From positions 1 through 25,631 of IMG/VR virus record IMGVR_UViG_3300037461_000119: 25,631 bases of DNA; one strand, given 5' to 3'. Source of the DNA: a virus. Lineage: Duplodnaviria; Caudoviricetes. Shown piece after piece: positions 8,901 to 17,042 of the stretch (position 1 is the first letter of the stretch; every line of letters begins with the position of its first letter). Made by a program: the position numbers and the translations under genes. The notes beneath the pieces are model-generated. The model was not told the origin of the DNA and made no database searches. It saw only the letters and a program-made list of their open reading frames with translations.

Positions 8901-9037
8901 GTGCCGAGGCCGGTGCCCGCCTGCGCCACGAGCCCGGTGCCGAGCGTGAGGGCGTTCTCGGGCAGCCCTGCGGCGTTGCGCAGGATGTCCGCGAACAACT
9001 GCTGGCGGTTCTCGCGTGCGTAGGGGTTGACGGCCAT
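5984..9037 (-). CDS. Large putative internal virion / ejected polyvalent-type protein (1017 aa)
   Basis: Motifs GAKPDELRWMGL, THY..NMLHVRETDR, IEEAQSD..Q.GR, PEGPF......LAL....RAV..G..YLAFSPG, GFKDVYD recall the EExQSD-domain large phage proteins; function inferred. Confidence 0.55.
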   Translation of the reverse strand: MAVNPYARENRQQLFADILRNAAGLPENALTLGTGLVAQAGTGLGTLAGMARQKLKGEKIDFDAASDTIGENAERFTFMPRSKGGQEFARGLGTVMEPIDRGMQAVGQKAADVTGSPAVGAAVYTGLNVLDPEMLAPAAAKIAALRGAQSVARRGAETAVPMGEALAGVPIGQRGAYTLEDLNAVEGDFGFRSPTLEAFGKLKKQEQRVPGRQMRQALVRSGAKPDELRWMGLDRILDTDEVLSAADVRLLAERNAPQMGFETKGGRPEPVVMPPEAKDVPRWQNPYAGKQTLREAMDEDGSLEDQVNEWVSNRVYEDSDLEYPETYTVYRGSGRYRDEIETFDNERDAERYIEQLKDDAVESETEYYLENIEEHFDEETLAEMDDNARQAWAERAAHDSVNDGDEYSVESVTDYDSEPLNYDSLRDYWEEQAHENASDFGDYAPSAEQQRREERRWYQQQGVDPDTLSWLSQRPSKPVPAYGDYTIGGTRSEGRDVLGGAGQNYGVTLANVLREGRFGRGTDPQAELAALDEMSQQGIAGPEGAIDPNRKLDPKLAARERERIQQREALPDIGQAREPFTQRGTTHYGENMLHVRETDRPAPEWGSVQTDAYGNPNPMRMIEEAQSDPYQRGRKIGFLDPENAQQLRLDTEARNAAFQNEALSGVTTALTEPAFDDYIQQIRNLPPSDRAPGEQHVINLLEQFQATDPTNFEARQQAAYELFNELYYRAPSASPLESRAVEIRDALGNLSRETESPFNKMVPEGPFMETEQYTKLALIDAVRRAVQQGQQYLAFSPGETHARRYGSESVQWATDPDNPVVRILTAKEYGNEGRGPIDERVRQLQANPTGFEDDEIARINLEDPEAAQRMKEVVDRRLSYGMHEYAKPDEQKMKRANMLLQKMGKEGSGDYTPREFGFKDVYDRRMMKALAEVLRAAGSKAEIRDIVGQFGRPTFETLNPDGTKDYTVATSKDEFDRLMAEANTEGSGVTYIPPRQKAIEIDPALAQAAKRGFMLPY
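8663..8672. repeat. CGTGTACACG palindrome, site 3 (in the 1017-aa gene)
   Basis: Exact 10-mer; 12-bp palindrome CCGTGTACACGG. Confidence 0.8.
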
Positions 9038-9041
9038 CTTG

Positions 9042-9383
9042 CTACCCTCGGCTCAGTCGGTTGACCACGTCGATGATCTGCTGCTTGCGCTCGCGCCGCT
9101 CCTCGCGGTCGTTGCCTGTGTAGAACGCCTCGCGCTTCTCGCGGGCCTTGGCCCACGTCTCCTTGAAGTCGTCCATCGTCGCAAGCCCGTGGCGCTTCAT
9201 GTACTCGCGGTGCTTCTTGCGCGAGTCGATGACCGTGCCATCCTTGCCCACGAAAGGCTTACCGCTGTAGTGCCGGTCGGAGAAGCGCCAGCCGTCACCG
9301 CTCGGGCCGTCGACACGTCGCGGCCCCGGGCCTTCGACCATGCGCCCGAGCTTCTCGTCGTAGTGCCACGTCGAACGAGTCAT
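9042..9383 (-). CDS. Phage protein (113 aa) with DGTVIDSRKKHREYMKRHG motif
   Basis: ORF track; I recognise this motif from small genes between portal and scaffold in similar phages. Confidence 0.75.
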   Translation of the reverse strand: MTRSTWHYDEKLGRMVEGPGPRRVDGPSGDGWRFSDRHYSGKPFVGKDGTVIDSRKKHREYMKRHGLATMDDFKETWAKAREKREAFYTGNDREERRERKQQIIDVVNRLSRG

Positions 9384-9384
9384 C

Positions 9385-9591
9385 TCAGTTCCCCTTCGGC
9401 ACTCGCTCGGTGAGCGCCTTGTTCATCGCGGTGGCCGCGATTTTGGCGCACTCCTCGCAGAGCGCACAGTTGTTCATCACGACGAACGTAGGCGGCAGCG
9501 GCAGCACGCCTCCGGTCGGCACTCCGATAGGCTCGCCGTGCGTCGTGGCACCGCAGTAGTCGCAGCGGAAGTCGTAGCGCACGAGAATCAC
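9385..9591 (-). CDS. Small zinc-finger protein (68 aa; CDYC...CALCEEC)
   Basis: GTG 9591 overlapping upstream TGA, AGGAG RBS, two CxxC pairs. Confidence 0.65.
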   Translation of the reverse strand: MILVRYDFRCDYCGATTHGEPIGVPTGGVLPLPPTFVVMNNCALCEECAKIAATAMNKALTERVPKGN

Positions 9592-9761
9592 TGATGCAAC
9601 TCCTGCAACCGCGACACGTCGCCGCGGGCAACCGCGAGCGTGATCGCCACCGCGAGGCGAAGCTGCCACGCGAAGCCGCGTCGTCGGTACTCGTGCCCGG
9701 CCACCATGCGGCGCGTCATGGCGAGCGTCTGCTCCCGGGTCTGCGGAAGATCGCTGCTCAC
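9588..9761 (-). CDS. Hypothetical protein (57 aa, MSSDLPQTRE...LQELHQ)
   Basis: GTGA overlaps with the portal stop and with the next gene's start. Confidence 0.55.
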   Translation of the reverse strand: MSSDLPQTREQTLAMTRRMVAGHEYRRRGFAWQLRLAVAITLAVARGDVSRLQELHQ

Positions 9762-11764
9762 TGCGGCTGCCCTCCGAACACAGGCGCACGCAGGCCCGCA
9801 GCGCCGAGCATCTGCTCCTCCTGCGCCGTGCGGGCCTCGACCAGCGACTTCTGCAAGTCGGTGCGTGCGGTGATGACGCTCGCCTGCGCCTTGGTCTGCT
9901 CGGCCTGCGCCTTGGTCTGCGTCGTCTGCGCTTCGAGTTGCTGCTCGGGCGTGGGCGGCGGCGGTTGCTGCGGCTGCGCGGCCTGCTGCTTCATGTCCTC
10001 GATCATCTTGTCGAGCGTGCCCTCGATGGTGGCGCTGCCCTTGAAGCCCGCGAAGGTCCACTTGAGCATCTCCATCAGGTACGGACCGAACGCGGGGTTG
10101 GTCTGCACGATGGGCTGCGCTGCGGTGAGGAACTGGCTGACGCTCGCGAGCGCCGCCGTGCGCTCCTGCTGCATCTGGCCGTAGTCGGTCGCGGCCAGCG
10201 CCTCGGGGCGCACGATGATGCGGTAGTTCGCCAGTTGCGACCGGAGCAGTTGCACCGCCTGCTGCGCATACGGCGCGTCGTCGGTGAACATGATGTTCGA
10301 GGCGTCGATGATCTTCTGGTCGTCGAACTGCGTGACGATGACGTGCGCCTTGAGCGCCTGCAAGTCGGTCGCGAAGGTGGCGAACTCGTCCTGCAACGCC
10401 TGCACGCGCACGCTGGCGAAGCGTGCCTTGATCGACTGCTCGGTCGCGGTCGCGCCCTTCTCGCTCTGCCCGCGCATGATGTCGCTCATGCCGGTGACCT
10501 GATAGAGCAGTTGAATCTTCTGGTCGCGCTGCTGCACCAGCACGCCCACGGTGTTCGCCACCTGCTCGATGGGCAGCCAGTCGATCTGGCCCTTGATGCC
10601 GCCCTTCTCCGCGAACATCGCCCAATTGTCGACCGGGATCAGTTCGGTCTCGTTGCCTTCGACGAACATCCGCGAGATGCCGGTGCTGCTCGCGTCGTAC
10701 ACGCCCACGAGCTTGCACGCCTTGACCAGCCAGTCGATGCGCGTTTCGAGGATGTCGATGCCGACGTAGAGGTCCTGCGCGAGGATGTAGTCGGGCGTCG
10801 GCATGAACTGCGTCGTGGTGACGTTGGCGATGAACGGGCGCGGCATCGGAAAGAAGCCGGGCAGCCCGAGCGGATCGGCCTTGATGTCGAGGATGGCGTC
10901 GAAGCCGATGACGTGCCAGTACACCTTGCCGCTCTCGCGGTCCCAGATTTCCCAGACCTCGGTGCGTGCCCACGGGTCCTTCGATTCGAGCGATGCGTCG
11001 CGTGCCTCGCCCTGCCGTGGCGCCTGCTGTTGCGGGATGCGCTTGAAGTCCTCCCCGAACCGCTTCACGCCCGCGTCCTCGGTCATCAGCGCACGGAACG
11101 CGAGCCAGCGCACTTCGGCCCACGTTCGCGCGGGCGACCAGAGGATGTCGCGCCAGTTGACGTAGTCGGTCGGCACCAACTCGTCGACCTTCACTTCGCG
11201 GATGTAGCCGGGCGCAATCTCGACCACGTTGCCGGTCTCGTCGAGGCGCGGGTTGCCGAACTCGTCCATCGCGATGAGCGGCGGCACCTGCTGCTGCTCG
11301 ATCTGCGCCTCGTAGCGGATGCGTGCCTGCCCGAGCCCGGTGATGAGGCGGTCGTCGAGCGACTGCTGCAACGCCTCGGCGTAGCCGTCGCCCGGGGTCT
11401 CGACATCGGAGTTGAGCAGCCGCTCCATGATGATGCCCGCGACCCGCGCCACGTCGTCGTTCTGGTCGCTCCACTTGCGGTCGACGCTCACCTGCGGCGT
11501 CTTGCCGTACAGGATCGCCCGCATGGTCTGCACGTTGGCGCTGAACAGGTTGATCTTGGAGACCGCGGCCGCGCTCGTGCCGTCGAAGCCGTCGCGGCGG
11601 TCGAGGAAGCTGCGCACGATGCGGTTGGCCGCCTTGTGGTACTTCTCGAATTCCTTCTGCGCGGCCTTGAGTTCGACATCCCACCGCGAGGCCCAGCCCT
11701 CGGGCGTGTCTGCGAAGTCGGCCGCCGACTTGATCGGGCCGACGTTGACGAGGTTGTTACTCAC
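9758..11764 (-). CDS. Portal protein (668 aa)
   Basis: GTG 11764 overlapping the terminase stop with GAGGA RBS; motifs NLFSANVQT, EVWEIWD, DPLGL.GFFP.PRP, YQVTGMSDIMRG, TATEQ.IK; Q/P-rich tail. Confidence 0.9.
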   Translation of the reverse strand: MSNNLVNVGPIKSAADFADTPEGWASRWDVELKAAQKEFEKYHKAANRIVRSFLDRRDGFDGTSAAAVSKINLFSANVQTMRAILYGKTPQVSVDRKWSDQNDDVARVAGIIMERLLNSDVETPGDGYAEALQQSLDDRLITGLGQARIRYEAQIEQQQVPPLIAMDEFGNPRLDETGNVVEIAPGYIREVKVDELVPTDYVNWRDILWSPARTWAEVRWLAFRALMTEDAGVKRFGEDFKRIPQQQAPRQGEARDASLESKDPWARTEVWEIWDRESGKVYWHVIGFDAILDIKADPLGLPGFFPMPRPFIANVTTTQFMPTPDYILAQDLYVGIDILETRIDWLVKACKLVGVYDASSTGISRMFVEGNETELIPVDNWAMFAEKGGIKGQIDWLPIEQVANTVGVLVQQRDQKIQLLYQVTGMSDIMRGQSEKGATATEQSIKARFASVRVQALQDEFATFATDLQALKAHVIVTQFDDQKIIDASNIMFTDDAPYAQQAVQLLRSQLANYRIIVRPEALAATDYGQMQQERTAALASVSQFLTAAQPIVQTNPAFGPYLMEMLKWTFAGFKGSATIEGTLDKMIEDMKQQAAQPQQPPPPTPEQQLEAQTTQTKAQAEQTKAQASVITARTDLQKSLVEARTAQEEQMLGAAGLRAPVFGGQPQ

Positions 11765-13158
11765 AGTTCGATCCTCACGTTGCCGCGGCGCATCCGGTCG
11801 CGCTCGGCCCAGAGTTGTTCGAGGTTGAACGAATAGGACATCGGCACAGCATACGTCGGCGCGGGCTTCGGCGCGACGTGTACACGCTCTCGCATGACCA
11901 TCGCGCCGTAGGTGAAGCCGTCGGCGCCGTGGCTGGCCCAATTGTGGTCGGGCTCGGCGCTGTAGCAGCGTCGCTCCTCGTCGTACTTGAACGACCACTC
12001 ACGCAGCGCAGCGAGGCCCTGAGCGCACGCAGCGGCGTCGAAGCGGCACGAGGGCAGCACCGAGCGTGCGGCGTTGATGCGGTCCTGTAGCGACGCCTGC
12101 GGCACGAGCTTGATGTTCTCGGCCTTGAGCCTGCCCGACTTCTTGGCGTCGATGAACTGCTGCACGACGCTGTGCTTGGTCTGGAACGTTTTGGCGCGTG
12201 CATCGTGCGGCAGCCAGAACGTGTCGATCTTGTAGGGCAGCACCGCGAGCCGCTCGATCCAGTCGCTTGCATCGAGCCCGGTGTCCTCGTAGTAGTCCAC
12301 CAGCGCGAAGCCGTCGGTGTACGCCTGCCAGAACCAGAACGCGGCCGCGTCGCGATAGCCGATGTCGCACGAGACGTAGAGCGGCCCGGCGTGCGGGTCG
12401 TAGCGCACGTCCATGCTGATGCGACCGGCCTTGTCGGCCTGCTCGATGTAGCGGCCGAGGATCGCGCCCACGTTGGCCGCGGAGAAGTCGCAGTAGAACT
12501 CCTGCCTGATGAGTTCCTCGGGCATCCCGAGCCGCCGCTCCTCCTCGATAACCGACAGCGGCACGATGTTGGTGTCGTCCACCGTGAGCAGTGACGTGTA
12601 GCAGCCCTCGGCCTGCTTCATCGCCTCGTGCAGCTTGTAGGCGTGGTTGTAGCCGCGCGGCGTGGTGATGAACGCGGCCCAGCCGTCGTTCTCCGCGAGG
12701 ATCGGGCGCATCAGGTCCCATGCGTGCGGGTGCGTGACCGCGAACTCGCTGAACGTGATGCCGACCGGGTTCGCGCCGATGTTCGAGTCGAAGGTGTCGG
12801 CGCCGACAAGCTGGATCATGGAGCCGTTCGCCAACTCGACCTTCATCTCGGTCTCGTTGGTGCGAGCCCGCATCGCCTGCGGGATCGTCACGTCCATGAG
12901 CTTCTTGCCGTCTTTGGTGATGTTGTCCCAGACGACCTTACGGGCTTGCTTGTGCGTCGGCAGGCAGTGCCAGTAGGTGCCGACGCGACGATGCGCCATG
13001 CGCACCGCGACGTTGAGCATCGTGCGGTCCTTGCCGCTGCGGCGATGCCACACGAGCGACGCACGCCTGCCGCCCTTGTCGAAGTAGCTGACGACCGGCT
13101 TCTGATAGTCCCTGTAGCGCATCCCCCCAACCACTACTTTCCGCACGGGCGCGTTCAT
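11761..13158 (-). CDS. terL: Terminase large subunit (465 aa)
   Basis: YQ adenine-binding motif, Walker A HRRSGKD, Walker B GITFSE, motif III ITTPRG, QEFYCDF, nuclease motifs DIGYRD, PHDA and SHGADG; ATGA overlap with the HNH gene. Confidence 0.93.
   Translation of the reverse strand: MNAPVRKVVVGGMRYRDYQKPVVSYFDKGGRRASLVWHRRSGKDRTMLNVAVRMAHRRVGTYWHCLPTHKQARKVVWDNITKDGKKLMDVTIPQAMRARTNETEMKVELANGSMIQLVGADTFDSNIGANPVGITFSEFAVTHPHAWDLMRPILAENDGWAAFITTPRGYNHAYKLHEAMKQAEGCYTSLLTVDDTNIVPLSVIEEERRLGMPEELIRQEFYCDFSAANVGAILGRYIEQADKAGRISMDVRYDPHAGPLYVSCDIGYRDAAAFWFWQAYTDGFALVDYYEDTGLDASDWIERLAVLPYKIDTFWLPHDARAKTFQTKHSVVQQFIDAKKSGRLKAENIKLVPQASLQDRINAARSVLPSCRFDAAACAQGLAALREWSFKYDEERRCYSAEPDHNWASHGADGFTYGAMVMRERVHVAPKPAPTYAVPMSYSFNLEQLWAERDRMRRGNVRIEL
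11877..11886. repeat. CGTGTACACG palindrome, site 4 (3' end of terL)
   Basis: Exact 10-mer. Confidence 0.8.
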
Positions 13159-13520
13159 GCTCGTTTGCGCCGTGCGTAGTCTGCGCCGCAGGCCCGGCAC
13201 CGCCGCTCGCCGTTAGGGCGCACTTGCGTGTTCGCCTCGGTGAACTCGTGCCCGTTGGTGCAGTGTGTCTTGAGCGCGTTGTAGCGACCGTGGCGACCCT
13301 TGCTCACCATGTCGAGCGAGTTGTCGCGGTGCGTGCCTAGAAACATGTGCGCCACGTTCACGCAGCTTCTGACATCGCACGCATGACACACGCACAGCCC
13401 GCGAGGGATTGGCCCGTGCTCGCGCTCCCATGCAGCCCGGTGTGCAGTGCCGTTGCGCCCGACCCTGCCGTAGCCATTCTTGCCGATGGCCCCTGCCCAG
13501 ATGATGCAGTCGCTAGTCAT
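13155..13520 (-). CDS. HNH endonuclease with C-terminal Zn-binding domain (121 aa)
   Basis: CIIW.G...NGYG, AHRAAWE..HGPIP.G..VCHACDVRSCVNVAHM..GT..DN..D, then KTHCTNGHEFTEANT...CRAC. Confidence 0.88.
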   Translation of the reverse strand: MTSDCIIWAGAIGKNGYGRVGRNGTAHRAAWEREHGPIPRGLCVCHACDVRSCVNVAHMFLGTHRDNSLDMVSKGRHGRYNALKTHCTNGHEFTEANTQVRPNGERRCRACGADYARRKRA

Positions 13521-13803
13521 CGACCTTCTCGAACACGAACTGCACCGGGCCGCCGCCGTCGCCCTTGTGTTCGACCGCCGCGAGCTTCGGCACGACGAAC
13601 TGCAAGAGCCCGAGCGCCGCAGTTGCACGCACGCCGTCGTGCTGGCCGCCGTTCTCGCACAGAGAGTGCAACGTATCAACGGCGAGCTTCGCGTTGATGC
13701 TGTTGCGAATGCGCTCGATGGTCGCTGCTGGCAACTTGCGCCCGCGCGGCGGGCCTTTGCCCGCTTTAACCGGGCCGCGCTTTGTCCTTGCCTTGGTTGG
13801 CAT
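13513..13803 (-). CDS. Probable terminase small subunit (96 aa)
   Basis: Basic N-terminus, helical core and C-terminal PKLAAVEHKGDGGGPV typical of TerS; upstream of terL. Confidence 0.65.
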   Translation of the reverse strand: MPTKARTKRGPVKAGKGPPRGRKLPAATIERIRNSINAKLAVDTLHSLCENGGQHDGVRATAALGLLQFVVPKLAAVEHKGDGGGPVQFVFEKVDD

Positions 13804-13810
13804 TTGGCAA

Positions 13811-14107
13811 TTAGCCCTGCTTCGCCATCGCACGCATGAGATTGCCCCTCACGCTTTCATCGGGCGGGGCGACGCGAGGCGTGATTCGCGGCTCAAGTCC
13901 TCGCCGTGGTGAGGCTGCACGGTTGTAACCCGTGGCGTTGTCATCGGGCTCGTCGTCATCCTCGCCACCTTTTGCGCCACCCTCCGGTTCGCCTTCCTCG
14001 CCTTCTTCCCCACGCTCGTCCTCCTCGTAAGGCTTCTCGCCCACGCAAATCTTGATGCTGCCGCCGCCTGCATCGCGCAGCGCCGCGATGATCGCCTCGA
14101 TGCTCAT
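13811..14107 (-). CDS. Acidic hypothetical protein (98 aa), first gene of the late operon
   Basis: ATG 14107 behind AGGAG; E/D/G-rich middle. Confidence 0.65.
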   Translation of the reverse strand: MSIEAIIAALRDAGGGSIKICVGEKPYEEDERGEEGEEGEPEGGAKGGEDDDEPDDNATGYNRAASPRRGLEPRITPRVAPPDESVRGNLMRAMAKQG

Positions 14108-14124
14108 GTCGTTCGCTCCTGTGC

Positions 14125-14134
14125 CGTGTACACG
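14125..14134. repeat. CGTGTACACG palindrome, site 5 (just upstream of the RBS of the first late gene)
   Basis: Exact 10-mer. Confidence 0.8.
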
Positions 14135-14221
14135 CTCTGCCTGCGGCCCATCGCACGGCATGGCGCCGCGTATATCACAACCGGAGCGCCCCGGGTAGAA
14201 GCGCCGCGGTGGGGGCGCCCT

Positions 14222-14530
14222 CCGCCACAGCCTAGTGGCGGGGCCATGGAGCGGCTAAAAAGTGAGTATATATACCGCATTATTGTTAAATTGCCTGTTT
14301 TTTGTGGAAATCTGTATTCATATGCAAGTCTAGTGGCGGCTGTGGCGGAAAATGCGTTTTAGCCTACAAAACAAGGCACCAAACCCCCGCCACAGTATCC
14401 GTTTCCAGCGGCGGAAACCGCGGCGGCTGTGGCGGGGGCTGCGACTACGCCCCCCAACGGTACCTCGCCACCGTCTCGGCCTTGGCCCGCTGAAGCTTGC
14501 CTCCGCGAAGCATTTCCGGGGCTGTGGCGG
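14222..14530. repeat. Putative replication origin: AT-rich core flanked by CTGTGGCGG/CCGCCACAG repeats
   Basis: AT-rich stretch ~14256-14330; 9-mer in both orientations at about 14222, 14340, 14387, 14427 and 14522, plus two CTAGTGGCGG; at the 3' end of the primase gene. Confidence 0.6.
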
Positions 14531-16760
14531 GGATTCTGAGCAGCCACACACGTCGCCTTCCGTCGACCTCATCCCGCCGTCGACCAAGCATCTTCTCGGC
14601 CACGGCACGCACGTCGCTCGCCGTCCTCCGGTCGGCCGCACGTTCCCCGACCATCTCGCACAGGTCGGCCACGGTCACGACGTAGACCTCGGCATCGGCG
14701 GGCGCGGCAAGGCAGCGCCCAAGGAAGTCTTTCAGCCCTTCGACGGCCGGGGCGTCGTCCTCGAACTGCTCGGCCTGTGAAGCCCGCAGCGCGTCCTCGG
14801 CGTGCGTCAGGTGCCACTGCTCCCCGGCCTGCCAGAGCGCGTAGACCTCACCCCAGAGCGCCTCAAGGTCGATCCCGTGGTCGGTCTCCAACCCCTCGAC
14901 CGAGAGCGGCCAGAAGCGCCGTGAGCCCGTGTGATCGCGCAGGAAGCTCGTGCTGTTCACGGTGCCGCAGAATGCGGTCATGCGCGGCCAGTCCTCCCAC
15001 GTCGCGCCGTAGGGCAGCCTGAGCTTGTCGTCGGGGCGTGAGAGGAAGTTCTTCAACGCCCCGGCCTCGCTCGCCCTGAACGTGGTCTCAAGCTCTCCAA
15101 GCTCGACGATGATGCCGCCCGAGAGCGCCTCGAACACGCTGTCGCGTGCGGTCGGCCCGCTCAGGTGCAGCGACGCGCCTTCCTTGTAGAACCCGGCCGG
15201 TACGATGGTGCGGAACCACGTCGTCTTGCGCGTGCCCTGCTTCCCGGCGAAGGTCAGCACGCCCGACAGTTGCCGCGACGGTTTGCGCCAGCCGCACGCG
15301 GCCTCGACGCACTGGATCAGCCAGCGGCGTACATACGCCCGCGCACGCTCTGCGTCGGCCTCGGGGTCCGAGAGCTTGATCGTGCGCACCAGCGCCTCGA
15401 TATGCGCCTCACCGCGGCGAGCGGGCAGCGAGCGCAGCCAGTCCTCGAACGGGTGATAGGCGTTGGTGAGCGCGAGCCGGTTAAGTTGCACCATGCGCTT
15501 CGAGTCCTCGCGGATGCCGAGCATGGTCAGGATGTCCCCAAGCGCGGCGTCGGTCGCTCGCCGCCGGTCGCCTTCTGTCGCGCACCGTCGGTAGTAGTCG
15601 TGCGTGGCGAGCGCCCCCGGTGCGATGCTGTACTCCTTGCGCATCAGGTCGTAGCGTGGGGTGAGCCCAAGCCGCGTGACGACGTGTTCCACGTTGGCGA
15701 ACGTGGCGGGCTGTATCTTCGCCAGCCCTCGCTGCGTGCAATCGAGGTCTGGCAGGCTCTCTTTGGCGATGCGTGGGAAAGCCCCACGGAACTGCGCGTA
15801 GTTGCTGCCGAGCGCCTGCTTCAACTCCCCCGGCGTCGCGACCGGAACTTCCTGCTCGCGCAAAAGCCCGGCCAGCTTGTCCATCGTCTGCTCGGCGTCC
15901 ACCGTGCCCGGGCCACCCTGCTCGCCCACCCAACGCATGAACTCCTGTGTGTGTCGGTCCTTGCAGGTTGTGTGCTGGCACTTGAAGCCGCGCGTGCCGT
16001 TCTCGTCGAGCGGTCGATAGCCCGCCTCGGGCCGCGGGTCCGCGACGTGTTCGCTGCGCCACGGGCACAGAATGTCGATCCACTCGCCCTTGTCATGCCG
16101 CACGTCGCCGCGCTTGATGAGCCACGCCAGCACCGGATCGTGTTCGGCTCTCTCTGCGCTCACGAAGCTCTCAGTGCGCTCCACTTCGAGCGTGAGCCCG
16201 TAGGCGTCGGCAAGTTCCTGCACGCTCCAGAAGCGGTCAGGGTGCCACTCGTGCAGCACCGCCGCGAACGGTTCGGCGCCCTTGTAGTTGAGCGAGCCCG
16301 GCACGCGCATGATGCGGACACGGTCGACGCACGACTTGTCGGTGAGCCCAGCCGCGGCCAGCGCACGCATGAGAGCCTCGAACAAGTCGCCGTCGGTGCA
16401 TGGCTCGATGAAGTAGCCCCACTGAAAATTGCCGGGGGAGGTTTCGAGCTTGTAGCTGGGCGGGACGTGTACACGCTCCGCGTCGATCTTGGTACCGATG
16501 TCGTCCAGCACCACGACATAGGCCGCGCGGAAGTCGACCTTGCGCTTTTTAAGCGGCGTGGCCTTGGCAACCGTCGAGACACAGAAGTAGAGCGCGTCCT
16601 TCGACCGAGTTACCTTCGAGTCTCCGGGTAGCGCCCACTTCGCAGTGCGTGCGCCCTTGGGCATCAATCCGAAAACAGGCGTCTCGCCCTCGGGCACGTC
16701 GACAAAGATGGCGTCGAGGAACTCTTGGGCGCTCGGTGCGCCGTCGTTGCCCTCGCTCAC
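14445..16760 (-). CDS. Primase-helicase: RepB-type primase, Zn finger and VirE/VapE-like ATPase (771 aa)
   Basis: VVLDDIG, PSYKLETSPGNFQWGY and RIMRVPGSLN (RepB/AEP primase); CPWRSEH...FKCQHTTC; GKQGTRKTT, IVELGEL, LRLPYG and FCGTVN...FLRDHTGSRRFWP (VirE). Confidence 0.9.
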   Translation of the reverse strand: MSEGNDGAPSAQEFLDAIFVDVPEGETPVFGLMPKGARTAKWALPGDSKVTRSKDALYFCVSTVAKATPLKKRKVDFRAAYVVVLDDIGTKIDAERVHVPPSYKLETSPGNFQWGYFIEPCTDGDLFEALMRALAAAGLTDKSCVDRVRIMRVPGSLNYKGAEPFAAVLHEWHPDRFWSVQELADAYGLTLEVERTESFVSAERAEHDPVLAWLIKRGDVRHDKGEWIDILCPWRSEHVADPRPEAGYRPLDENGTRGFKCQHTTCKDRHTQEFMRWVGEQGGPGTVDAEQTMDKLAGLLREQEVPVATPGELKQALGSNYAQFRGAFPRIAKESLPDLDCTQRGLAKIQPATFANVEHVVTRLGLTPRYDLMRKEYSIAPGALATHDYYRRCATEGDRRRATDAALGDILTMLGIREDSKRMVQLNRLALTNAYHPFEDWLRSLPARRGEAHIEALVRTIKLSDPEADAERARAYVRRWLIQCVEAACGWRKPSRQLSGVLTFAGKQGTRKTTWFRTIVPAGFYKEGASLHLSGPTARDSVFEALSGGIIVELGELETTFRASEAGALKNFLSRPDDKLRLPYGATWEDWPRMTAFCGTVNSTSFLRDHTGSRRFWPLSVEGLETDHGIDLEALWGEVYALWQAGEQWHLTHAEDALRASQAEQFEDDAPAVEGLKDFLGRCLAAPADAEVYVVTVADLCEMVGERAADRRTASDVRAVAEKMLGRRRDEVDGRRRVWLLRIPATAPEMLRGGKLQRAKAETVARYRWGA
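16466..16475. repeat. CGTGTACACG palindrome, site 6 (in primase)
   Basis: Exact 10-mer. Confidence 0.8.
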
Positions 16761-16948
16761 TTGTCGCTACTCGGCTTGAACGGGGCCAGAGGGACCCAAC
16801 CGGCGGGCACCGACTTGCCGGTGTTGGTCATGTACCCGTGTATGGCGGGCTGGTAGACGTAGACACGCCCAAGGTTCGTGAGCGCATGGATAACGACGTT
16901 ATCCTCGCTCTCTTGGCAAGTGCTGATTTGGATGATCTTCTCGGACAC
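16757..16948 (-). CDS. Hypothetical protein (63 aa, MSEKIIQIS...), coupled to primase
   Basis: GTG 16948 with AAGGAG RBS; GTGA overlap with the primase start. Confidence 0.7.
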   Translation of the reverse strand: MSEKIIQISTCQESEDNVVIHALTNLGRVYVYQPAIHGYMTNTGKSVPAGWVPLAPFKPSSDK

Positions 16949-16992
16949 AGGACTCTCCTTTTTGGGTTTCCAGACTCCAGTGGAAGGGAGCG

Positions 16993-17021
16993 ACTCTACT
17001 CCCGCAGTTGACCACGGGCAA
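16993..17021 (-). promoter_or_regulatory. Sigma70-type promoter for the 63-aa/primase operon
   Basis: TTGCCC-17 bp-TAGAGT on minus; overlaps the divergent sRNA promoter. Confidence 0.6.
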
Positions 17022-17036
17022 GTCGACGGGTACAGT
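17008..17036 (+). promoter_or_regulatory. Sigma70-type promoter of the putative sRNA
   Basis: TTGACC-17 bp-TACAGT. Confidence 0.7.
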
Positions 17037-17042
17037 TCGCGG

